Of a DNA stretch of 64,000 nucleotides, positions 53,953-64,000 are shown in pieces. Below the pieces are notes generated by a model. It was given only the letters and a program-made list of their open reading frames with translations, had not been told where the DNA came from and ran no database searches. Positions within the stretch are counted from its first letter, which is position 1, and each line of letters begins with the position of its first letter. The position numbers were made by a program, and so were the translations under genes. This DNA comes from Malacoraja senta (taxonomy: Eukaryota): positions 312,001-376,000 of the forward strand of contig CM075992.1 in NCBI GenBank assembly GCA_038087875.1, read 5' to 3'.

Positions 53953-54104
53953 CTTTTGCACACTGGAGCCAACCATGGAGACGTTGACCTCGTACATCAA
54001 GGAGTTTCCCAGGTATTTAAAGGGAGGCGGTGACCAGTGGATGTGAAGCTGACCAGCTTTCCCTGTCGGCCGCACCGTCACATTGGCGAGAGGGTCCAAC
54101 ACCA
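53953..54104 (-). CDS. EPOR: EPOR exon 4 (152 nt)
   Basis: ctcctcgtcAG|(V)VLDPLANVTVRPTGKAGQLHIHWSPPPFKYLGNSLMYEVNVSMVGSSVQK|gtactg. Confidence 0.92.
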
Positions 54105-55235
54105 CTGACGAGGAGAAGTCACAGTTAGATACAGAGCCACACAGCTCGGACACAGCCCCTTCAACCCAATGACCTCTGCCCAACAAGATGCCCCATCTAC
54201 ACCAGTCCCACCTGCCCATGTTCAGCCCATATCCCACACCACTCTGGCCACACTCTCATTTCACTCCTGCCATCGGGAAGAAAGTACAGAAGCCTGAAAA
54301 CTAACGTTCAGGTACAGGAACAGCTTCTTCCCGACAACCATCAAGCTATTGAACACTAGAAATACATTTCCATCTACAAACTGCAATGATTGCAACAGGG
54401 ACTTGGAGGCCATTGGTTTTGGCTTTATACAGTATTGTTTGTTTATATATATTGAACCATTTGTTTTACAACGGTGTCTAGAGTACGATGTTTACCTTTC
54501 TGTTGCGCTGCCGCAAGTATCTATTCCATTGTTCCGTTTTGGGACTTTGGCCAATTGTGAAGGCAGAAACAATTGTGTAGAAAGGAACTGCAGATGCTGG
54601 TTTAAACCGAAGATAGATACAAAATGCTGGAGTAACTCAGCGGGACAGGCAGCATCTCTGGGGAGAAGGAATGGGTCTCGTCCTGCTGAGTTAGTCCAGC
54701 ATTTTATGTCTATCTTAGGTAGCATTGAAGAGCATGTGGGATGTGTCTGAAGGGAGGGGAATAATTACAGGGCCACAGAGAGAGGGTGAGTGGGTGGGGC
54801 GCACAATTGTCCCTTTTTGGAAATCAAAATATTGGCAATCTGAAACAGAAACAGAAAATGCTGGACACTGAGCAGGTAAAGCAGCATCTGTGGAGAGAGA
54901 AACTGAGTTCACGTTTCAAGTCAAAGATCCCTCGTCCAACTTAGAAAGTGAGAAAACAGCTTAGTTTTAGGTTGAAGAGAGGGTTGGAGAAAGGTGGGAC
55001 AAAGGGAATACGTCTGATAGTCTGACAGTATGGACTCAATGGGCCGAATGGCCTGGTTTCCCAACAGCATTTATGGAGTGATTCTAGACATTGTGATATT
55101 TGTCACTTGGGCCATGAAGCTTTGATACCTTGTGGACTACAGGCCAACTGAATTGATCTCAAGTGGACTAGACGTGAAACAAGGGCCGGACCTTGTGATC
55201 CCAGGGATTGGGCAGAAGGTCAAGGATGGACCTAC

Positions 55236-55414
55236 CCATGTGGTTTATGTACAAGTCCTTCTTGCTCATGATGATGCTGGTGTTTAGCAACACCTCGATG
55301 TCCAGCGGGGCAAACAGAGACACCTCCACTAAGGGCAGAGTGCAGATGTGGCGCGTGGTGTTACCGCCGATTGTCTCCACCGACAGTTGACATTCTTTCT
55401 TCGTTTCGCCATCC
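55236..55414 (-). CDS. EPOR: EPOR exon 3 (179 nt)
   Basis: accatAG|DGETKKECQLSVETIGGNTTRHICTLPLVEVSLFAPLDIEV...LYINHM|gtaggt; conserved Cys pair and F.PL motif. Confidence 0.9.
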
Positions 55415-56029
55415 CTATGGTAACAAGCAACATGTCAGAGAGCAGCTGAGAAACGAGGGCAGGGGCAAGTATACGATGGGCCGAATGGCCTCTTTCAGCG
55501 GTGCTAATTCATAGAGAGGCACCAGGTGGATACAAAAATGCTTTAACATCCGCCCACTCAGTTCTGTCAGTCTGGAGGATTCAAGTTCTTTGGTTTAGCA
55601 TTGCTCAGGCTAAGAATAAAGGGTAGGCCATTTAGGACCCAGAGAGTTTGAATCTGTGGAATTCTCTGCCACAGAAGGCAGTGGAAGCCAATTCACTGGA
55701 TGTATTCAAGAGAGAGTTAGCTACGCAAGCAGGAATAGGGTGCTGATATTGGGTGATCAGCCATGATCATATTGAATGGCGGTGCTGGCTTGAAGGGCCG
55801 AATGGCCTACTCCTGCACCTATTTTCTATGTTTCAATCCCACGAGAGGTTCCAGAGCAGCTTTTATACTTTCACCAGATGCGGAGATTGCTGCCAATGCC
55901 AGCCCTTATTGTCCACCCTGAGCCGTCCCCAAACTGGGAAATGCTACAGGTGAGTCTGGGTGTACCTGCTGGTCAAGCCATTGGCTGCCCTCCCCTGGTG
56001 TGAGAGGGAGCCGGTCACTCAGAGCCACG

Positions 56030-56604
56030 CTGGTATCGCCCTGGGGCAGGGGATTGTGTCAGACTGGGGCAGGGACTTGTGTCAGACTGGGGCAAGGGCT
56101 TGTGTCAGACTGGGGCAGGGGCTTGTGTCAGACTGGGGCAGGGGCTTGTGTCAGAATGGGGCAGGGACTTGTGTCAGACTGGGGCAGGGGCTAGTGTCAG
56201 ACTGGGGCAGGGACTTGTGTCAGACTGGAGTAGGGGCTAGTGTCAGACTGGGGCAGGGGCTTGTGTCAGACTGGGGCAGGTATCGGCCTGGGGCAGGGGC
56301 TTGTGTCAGACTGGGGCAGGTATCGGCCTGGGGCAGGTATCGCCCTGGGGCAGGGGCTTGTGTCAGACTGGGGCAGGGGCTTGTGTCAGACAGGGGCAGG
56401 GACTTGTGTCAGACTGGGGCAGGGACTTGTGTCAGACTGGGGCAGGTATCGCCCTGGGGCAGGGGCTTGTGTCAGACTGGGGCAGGTATCGCCCTGGGGC
56501 AGGGGCTTGTGTCAGACTGGGGCAGGGACTAGTGTCAGACTGGGGCAGGGACTAGTGTCAGACTGGGGTAGGGACTTGTGTCAGACTGGGGCAGGGGTTC
56601 AGAC
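56030..56604 (+). repeat. 23-bp minisatellite ([a/g]cttgtgtcagactggggcaggg)
   Basis: Tandem copies interspersed with a shorter tatcgccctggggcagg variant, in EPOR intron 2. Confidence 0.92.
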
Positions 56605-56611
56605 TACCTAC

Positions 56612-56747
56612 TGGTACTGGTAGTGGTAGAAGAATCGGTACTGCCTGCCGTCACTCCAGTCCTGCTCGTCCCACACGCAGGTGAAGTCCTCCAGCGTCTG
56701 CGTGAAGCATTTCAACTTGTCCGCTGCTGCTGTCGTTACCTGTAGGA
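56612..56747 (-). CDS. EPOR: EPOR exon 2 (136 nt; alternative in-frame donor would end at 56618)
   Basis: ctcaccAG|(I)LQVTTAAADKLKCFTQTLEDFTCVWDEQDWSDGRQYRFFYHYQY(Q)|gtaggt; CFT..LED..C.W cytokine-receptor motif. Confidence 0.9.
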
Positions 56748-59633
56748 CTGGTGAGAGACGTTAGGTTTAGCTTAGTTTACAGATACAGCGCGGGTGGGAG
56801 GTGGGGGAGGGGGGAGGTGGGAGGGGATGTGTGAGGTAGGTGGGGTAGGAGGGAGTGGGAGTGGGGGGGAGGTAGAGGTGGGTTGGGAGGTGGGGTTTGG
56901 GTGGGGGGGGGCGTGGGATTATCTGGGTGTCAGGGAACAGCTCCCATTGTTTTCAATGACAAGCAGGCCTTGGGTTACACAGAACAGTCCAGCAGAGGAA
57001 CAGGCCCTTCGGCCCATAATGTCCATGCCGAACATGATGCCAAGATATACTAATCTCCTCTGCCTGCACGTGATCCATATCCCTCCATTTCCCTGCATAT
57101 CCATGTGCCTGTCTAAAAGCCTCTTAAACGCCCCCACCCCACCCTGTGTAAACACAATCTTGCCCCACATATCTCCTTTAAACTTTGCCCTGAAAGCGAT
57201 GCCCACTAATAATTGACAGTTCCACCCTGCGGAAAAGTTTCTGGCCGTCTACATAAGAGTTCTGTTCCTAAAAGAATTCTCCATCAATCAGAGATTCCTT
57301 GTTTGTATCATGACACGTATCAATAATTCAATCGTCTGAAGGAGGGTCTCGACCTGAAACGTCACCAATCCTTCTCTCCAGAGATGCTGCCTGTCCCGCT
57401 GAGTTACCCCAGCATTTTGTGTCTATCTTCGGAATACAGTACATACTGTATCCACATAGGATCTACTGAATCCCACGACAGAAAGCCCCTTTTACCCACA
57501 TTCTCACCAATCATAACCAACGTGCAGATAAGGCCATTTAGTGCATCTGACCTTGGAGTTGTTATTGAGTTATGGATGAACCTTCTCGTGAGGCTGCTGG
57601 TGAGTCGCCAGCGGTGACAGGCTGTTTGCAAAAACCAACGTGGGCATGAAGGAGCCACATACTTGTCAATAAACACCGTTAATATCTTATTATTATGTCA
57701 CCATCTTGAGAACTGCTTTAAAAAATTTGCAGAGTCAGGTTTACGTAGTCAAGTTTGTTGTTGTTTACTGATATAGGGTGGAACTGAAGAGTGGTACAGA
57801 TCTAGCACGAGGCAAAGTGGGCCAAATGGCCCGACCACACTGGAATCATGCTCTGAATCCCCACTATACAAGGACCTGTATCTACTGTGTACCTGGACCT
57901 GTTTCCTCATCCACAACACTAGATAACGCAGATTCTGGGAACATTGGGTGCAGTCCCAGGGGAGATTGTACCGACCACAGCTCTTTGTGCCTCTCTGAAT
58001 GGGAGGTGGGGAGCAGATCATCCAGAGACGCAAACATGAAATCAATTAATTACAACGCTGGCCACACTTGTCAGGGAGCCCTTATCCAGAGACTCCCATG
58101 CCCATTCCCAGTCATCAACGAGACACATGTGTGGTTAGATAAGGCCCACTGCTAACATCACTGCTGGTAATTGTGACAAACAAGCTCTGCTCACAGTTTG
58201 TTCTGCTTACAGTTAATTGTGTTATCTTGCTGCAGCAGAGAGAAAACATTCTGAAAACCATGCGTTTGTGTTTTTGCAAATTTTTGCATTTGTTTTCTTG
58301 TTCGAGTCCAGCTGAGGATGTTGCAATCCTGGTCTCCAAAACTACATGCTAAATTATTAATAAATGTACAGCTGACGTGACAAAACCATTAAAGTTGTTG
58401 GATGGCACAGGCACTATGTAAATGCAATGTGGAGTTAACATATAGGTGTAACTGATAGGGTAGTGAGCATTTAAAAGCAAGCCTTATTGAAAATAAATAA
58501 AACAACAGCCTCTAACAAAGGAACTTTGCTCAGCTGGTACATTAGCAATTTTAATCCCTGGAACATTGGACTGGCACTTCAGGGCTGGAAGGGTATGGTC
58601 ATAGAGAGATAGTATGGAAACAGGCCCTTCGGCCCAACTAGCCCACCCCGAACAACATGTCCCAGCTACACTGCCCGCGTTTGGCCCACAGCCCTCCAAA
58701 CCTGTCCTATCCATGTACCTGTCTAACTGTTTCTTAAACATTGGGGTAATCCCAGCCTCAACCACCTCCTCCGGCAGCTCGTTCCATACACCCACCACCC
58801 TCTGTGTGGAAAGGTTACCCCTTAGATTCCTATTAAATCTTTTCCCCTTCACCTTAAACATCAGCTTTTTCATTAAAGTCTCCAGACCCATATTCCCATT
58901 GTGCTATTTATTGTAACAGAGGTCTGGCTTGGGACCAGACAAACAAAAAGTCGTCCCCTACAGGTGGGCCTCAGGTGGTCCACAATTCATGAAGTAATTC
59001 TGACCGGGGCCATTTCTAGGTTAGAACAACCAGAGGCAGCAGCAAGCAAACTGCAGACTGATCGTATAAAACCATCCGTGTTATTTGTCGATTGAGGAAT
59101 GGACATTGGCCACGATATCAAAGAGCTAGCAGGGGGTGGGGGGCTGAATGGCCTTGTTGGATTCAGTGTGAGTCACAACAAAGTAATATTTCTCCGGCAA
59201 CAGCAACACAAACTAACAACACAGTCCTCCCATCGAAAGTATTGATCACTAATTCAAAACATTCTGCAAAGCAATTAAAGAGAAGGGCACCACTTCAGGC
59301 CACTCTCCCTCCCACATGTTGTAAAACACGAGAGAAATCAGTCACTGTGCAAAGTTAGACCCTCTAGTTACAAGTTCAATGCTTACCAGGGGCAATATCA
59401 CCCATATAAACAGGGTATGTTTCACAGTAAAACAGCATGGTGCTCTCTTTAAACTAAAGCACCCTGCCTTCTTCTGCCTGTGCAACATCTCCAACAATTA
59501 ACAGCAATGCTGTTTGTATTTTCACCTGCGACAATTCCAGTCATGGCCAGCAAACATCAAGGCCCCTTGAGAAGGGTTTTTATCATGAGGCTTACATGGG
59601 CTAAGGATCTAAGGTCTACAATAACAAACTCAC

Positions 59634-59730
59634 TCTTGACATCCAGGTTGGAAGGAGTTTCTCTCAGAATGGCTGCCACACTCCACATCAGAGGGTAGAG
59701 CCCCAGCCTCCAGGCACAGGTCGCCACCAT
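59634..59730 (-). CDS. EPOR: EPOR exon 1 (signal peptide, 97 nt coding)
   Basis: accATGg Kozak; MVATCAWRLGLYPLMWSVAAILRETPSNLDVK, then A|gtgagt. Phase 1 joins exon 2, and the eight exons sum to 1650 nt (549 aa plus stop). Confidence 0.82.
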
Positions 59731-60716
59731 GGTCCGAGGGTTCTCGCTGCCGACTACTCTGCTGGTTTAGGAAGGCGCTCTGAGCCCAGTAACCACAGAC
59801 TGCTTTCCAATCTCTCAGATCTGGAGGGAAGGAGGTTGGGTCACGGGTGGGGTCAGGGCACTGGGAGGTGGAGCTAAAGGCAAGGACTCTTGCAAACCAC
59901 AGCCAAGGTTGCTGAGAAAGTATTCAAACGCCAGCTTAATCTGACCGCTTCTAGCCTGGGTTGGGGATCAGTCATTTTGGAACATGCTTCTACTAGAGAG
60001 CGGAATGTGTTCACCCCCCCCATCAATATCAGAAGTACACAGCAGTGAATAGAGGGCCTTGGGATTGCAATACCATTTCCTAGTGTTAGAGTCATAGAGT
60101 CAGTGTGTGGAAACAGGCCCTTCAGCCCAACTTGCCCATACTGACCAACTTGCCCCATCTACACTAGTCCCACCTGCTTGCATTTGGCCCATTTCCCTCT
60201 AACCCTACCCTATACACCGACCTATCAAAATGTTTCTTAAACATTGCACTCACATCTCACTCACTTGCAGCTGGTGCACTTACAGCCCACTCACTCACTC
60301 ACTCCCCCCCTACCCTCCCCCCTTCTTCCCTTCCCCCCCTTCTCCCCACTCCACTCTTCTCCCCCTTCTCCACTCCCATCCCTTCCCCTCACATCCCCTT
60401 CTCCTCCCTTCTCCCATTCACCAACTCCCCCCCCCCCCCACTTTCCCCAATACCCCCCATTTGTGGACGTAGTCTGTGGCAGCTAGATCCCACTAATGGT
60501 ATTGCACAAAGGCCACATCATCTGTTTTAGTAACATTGTCTGTGGGATAAATGCAGATGTTGGGGACAATTTATACTTATACCAAGCCTTTCAACCAAGA
60601 GTTAGGGCTAGGGCTAGGGTTAGCGTTAGGTTTAGGATTAGTATAAATTGTCCCTAGCATGTGTGGGATAATGTGCAGTGGATCGCTGGTCGCATATTTT
60701 ACAGCCTATCTGTGGT

Positions 60717-61034
60717 CCCTAACTCTAATCCTAACCCTAACCCTGACGCTAACCCTAACCCTGATGCTAACCCTAACCCTGACGCTAACCCTGATCCTAA
60801 CCCTAACCCTAACCCTGACGCTAACCCTAACCCTGATCCTAACCCTAACCCTGATGCTAACCCTAACCCTGACGCTAACCCTGATCCTAACCCTAACCCT
60901 GACGCTAACCCTAACCCTGATCCTAACCCTAACCCTGATGCTAACCCTAACCCTGAACCTAACCCTAACCCTGATCCTAACCCTGATCCTAACCCTAACC
61001 CTGATCCTAACCCTAACCCTGAACCTAACCCTAA
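60717..61034 (+). repeat. Degenerate telomere-like (CCCTAA)n array
   Basis: CCCTAA with CCCTGA, CGCTAA, TGCTAA and TCCTAA variants in strict 6-bp register. Confidence 0.92.
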
Positions 61035-62759
61035 CGGGGCATCACCCGCTGGACAGCATACGTCAGCGTGTATGTCGTACAACTTGACGGTTTTATGGGC
61101 ATCAGTCACTGACGCTCGCAGTTGCTGCAAAGTGGGACAGGCCCTGTACTGTGTAGGAAGGAACTTACTTACTGCAGCACCACAGGTTTGCAAACACGGT
61201 ACTCAATAAATAATACAACAAATGAACAAAACAAAAAAAAGAACTTCGACAACTAAAAAAACTCTATACAGTGCAAAAGCTAAACGAAGCCCATTGTCCC
61301 GAGTGCAAGCCAGTTCGTAGTTTGTAGTTTAGTTGGGGTCTGTAGCGTTCTTTTGCCTGATGGTGGTTGAGATAAGCCTTTCCTGAACATGGACGTTACA
61401 GTTCGCACCGTGTTACTAACTCCCCACAGCACTTAATGTTTTATTTTTAATTGTCTACTGTATATCGTGTTGTTACTTGCGAGCAAAGCACCCAGGCAGA
61501 TTCATTGTATGTATACATACTTGGCTCATATAATTTATTCAAATGTATTCAATGCTGAGTGCCACAGTAACTATGAATCGATGTATAATCTGCTCAGTAA
61601 ACATCCCACTCCTGATGAAGCGGTGCTGGTTTACACCAGGGTGTTGACTTGTTGACTCTGGGTCTGGGTGGTCACGAGGTTGTGTGGCTGCCACATGGTT
61701 GGATGGAGATGTAGTAGGAATTGAGCAGAGGTGTGTGTGAGCTAGGGCCTCTCAGCTTTCGCTGGTGCCGAGCGGGTCTTGTGGTTTTGTCTGGTTGGTA
61801 AAGATAAACAAAACAACACAAGGGTGTGGCAGTGAAGTACTGAGTCAGAGGCCCACTCAGTCCCACATAGAACATTGGACAGATTGGTTTACAGATACAG
61901 CGCAGGAACAGGCCCTTCAGCCCACCGAGTCCGCGCCGACCAGCGATCCTACACAGTAGGGACAATTTATAATTATACCAAAGCCAATTAACCTGCAAAC
62001 CTCGTTGCACGTCTTTGGAGTGTGGAAGGAAACAGAGGCACCCAGTCACAGGGAGAACGTGCAAACTCCACACAGGCAGCAGCAAAAAGTAATTAAATAA
62101 TATGCCAAACATAATGCCTAAACCAACTCTGACTTGCCTGCACAAGTTCCATGTTCCTCCGTACCCACACGCATTGTAAAAGTCACTGAAATGCCACTCT
62201 GGTATTGGCCTCGACCACCGTGCATCGGTGACCTCCCCGTACAGTACATCTCTGGGGTTACGTCCATTTCCCATCCTATGGATGAGTCCAAGCCAGCGGA
62301 GACACTTCTGCTTGAGGATCTATGAAGAACTATACACCGAGTCGTTAGTTGCATTATAGACATTTTTTACGTTAATATCATTATAAATTTACTGATATTT
62401 TGATTAATGCATTTTTATGTTGTTGGAATTGGAGGTTTGTTAATCCACAGCAAGAAATAATTTAAATGTTCTGTTGCCTGTACACATGACAATTAAATAA
62501 TTAAAACAGTACAATACAAGCACTGGGGGCCTTCGGCCCACAATGTTTGTGCGGAACATAATGCTAAGAACAACTGCACAAATTCCATATCCTTAAGTCC
62601 TGCCAAATGCAACTTCTGCATCCCTCCCACCCCCCCCCTCCCACCCTCCCAACCACCGCCACTCTGCAGCATATTTCCAGGCACTCACCACTCTCTACGT
62701 GAAAAACCCTGCCTCACACATCTCCTCTGCTCAATCCTATATAACTGTATCTCCCATTT

Positions 62760-63160
62760 CCTAATCAGCAGACCACAATCAGCCTTAGGTCCTCCATCAG
62801 CAGAAATGGGCAACACCTTCTCCTCTGTAACCAACACAGGACCAGCTCAAGGCTGTGTGCTCAGTCCCCTGCTCTATGACCAGGACTGCACAGCCAGACC
62901 ATTCCAATGCCGTCTTTAAATTTCATGGAAGATTCCACCGTTGTTGGACAAATGATGGGTAATGACGAGTCAGAGTATAGGAGAGAGATTGATAATCTGA
63001 GGGAATGCTGCCAGTGCAGACGTTTGTTCTCAATGTCCGCAGGACAACAGAGCTATTTGTTGACCTCAGGAGAAAGCCGCAGATCCACAAACTTGACTTC
63101 ATTGATGGGACAGTGGTGGAGAAAGTTATGTTCCAAGATCCTGCTTCAAGTTCCTGGGCG
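62760..63160 (+). mobile_element. Degenerate LINE RT fragment (Rex1/Babar-like)
   Basis: caaggctgtgtgctcagtcccctgctcta encodes QGCVLSPLL; also F.EDSTVVG...NDESEYRREI and TELFVD.R. Confidence 0.65.
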
Positions 63161-63299
63161 TTTGGTTACCATATCTCTGTCCTGCTTCCGACGTGGGTCC
63201 CATTTTGTTCTCCACATCACTCCTCGTCCAACCTCCGACACCCACCGCGGGCCCGTCCTAGGCTGCCCACCGCCGGGTCCTCTCTTGGGTCCTCTCCCA

Positions 63300-64000
63300 T
63301 TCATTTACTGTTCTTGATGCAGGTAAGTCGCCCAAGCTTCACTGCTGTACAGTAACGTGTTCAACACTCACGTGTTGTAGACAGTTACCTTGGTCTTCAT
63401 TGTGAGTTTCCTGTTCTTCCATGTCCACTTGCTTAGTCTCCCGAAGGTGGGTGTTGTAGAGGAAGGTGTTTTACTGTATGTGAATTAGTTTCCTCATCCA
63501 GAGAGTGGCTGTCAGTCACCGTAGATCCTAGGTGGGTGAATTAGACATTTTCCAGTGGAGTGGTGTTTATGGTGATTTCAGAGGGGAGTGGAATGCCCTG
63601 ACCCATGACAACAGTCATCTTAACGCTGATTGCCAGTTGGCCTTTGGTGCAAGCACGAGACAGTCTGTCCATCAGCCCCTGAAGTCCTTCTTCTTTTGGG
63701 GAACTGAGTGCAGCATCATCAGCGGGCTGGAGTTCACTTACAAGCACAGTTCTCACAGAAGTCAAAGGACAGAAAGGCAGATCGGAAGATGCCGAACAAC
63801 ATGGGAGTTGGGACACAGCCTTGCTTCACTCCACTTCTCATGGGGAAACTGTCCGATGTAGCTTCATCAAATTCCCCTGTAGATGCATGTTCTCATGGAA
63901 GGACCAAGTGAGATTTAGAAGACGTGGTGGACATCTACTGTTCTCCAGTAGAGGCCGTATCTGCTGACAGAATCAAAAGCTTTCGTACATCCACAAAGGC
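63300..64000 (-). mobile_element. RTE-clade LINE fragment
   Basis: ELQPADDAAL..EEGLQGLMDRLSRAC...ISVK.T.VMGQ, FT.LGS, LNTLLY motifs; a related piece MGNGRNPRDVLYGE at ~62200-62280. Confidence 0.75.

Noticed and set aside
59722..59735. Perfect plus-strand Kozak gccaccATGg overlapping the EPOR start
   Set aside because: By-product of the palindrome ACCATGGT; no substantial plus-strand ORF follows.
60659..61209. NPNPDA-repeat ORF resembling Plasmodium circumsporozoite protein
   Set aside because: Simple translation of telomere-like hexamers; the flanks are host repeats.

Overview
Vertebrate, repeat-dense genomic DNA. It is most likely from a cartilaginous fish (skate/ray), inferred from HE1/V-SINE-type SINEs, abundant CR1 LINEs and the divergence of the proteins. 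Four genes of the human 19p13.2 neighbourhood can be assembled from splice sites and homology, in the order ELAVL3(+) -> <- PRKCSH(-) | SWSAP1(+) -> <- EPOR(-). ELAVL3: 3 coding exons (RRM1 and part of RRM2). PRKCSH: first 4 coding exons. The 3' parts of both are absent and probably lost in the 200-N gap at 27362-27561. SWSAP1: 2 exons, about 476 aa, with a 31-copy in-frame 18-bp repeat (Gly-X-Y, GGPGV[S/T]) and a degenerate Walker A. EPOR: complete, 8 coding exons, 549 aa. PRKCSH and SWSAP1 share a CpG-island bidirectional promoter with CCAAT, NRF1 and ZNF143 motifs. The most notable non-coding system is a high-copy family of short Penelope-derived, often palindromic elements. They carry a minimal hammerhead-ribozyme-like core, several have target-site duplications, and they seed 66-bp and 32-bp satellites. 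Also seen: a CR1 LINE inserted inside an ELAVL3 splice donor, an EPOR intron array of reiterated AG|GT splice sites, and a telomere-like array upstream of EPOR. All homology calls are from recalled protein sequences, not database searches; repeat boundaries are approximate.
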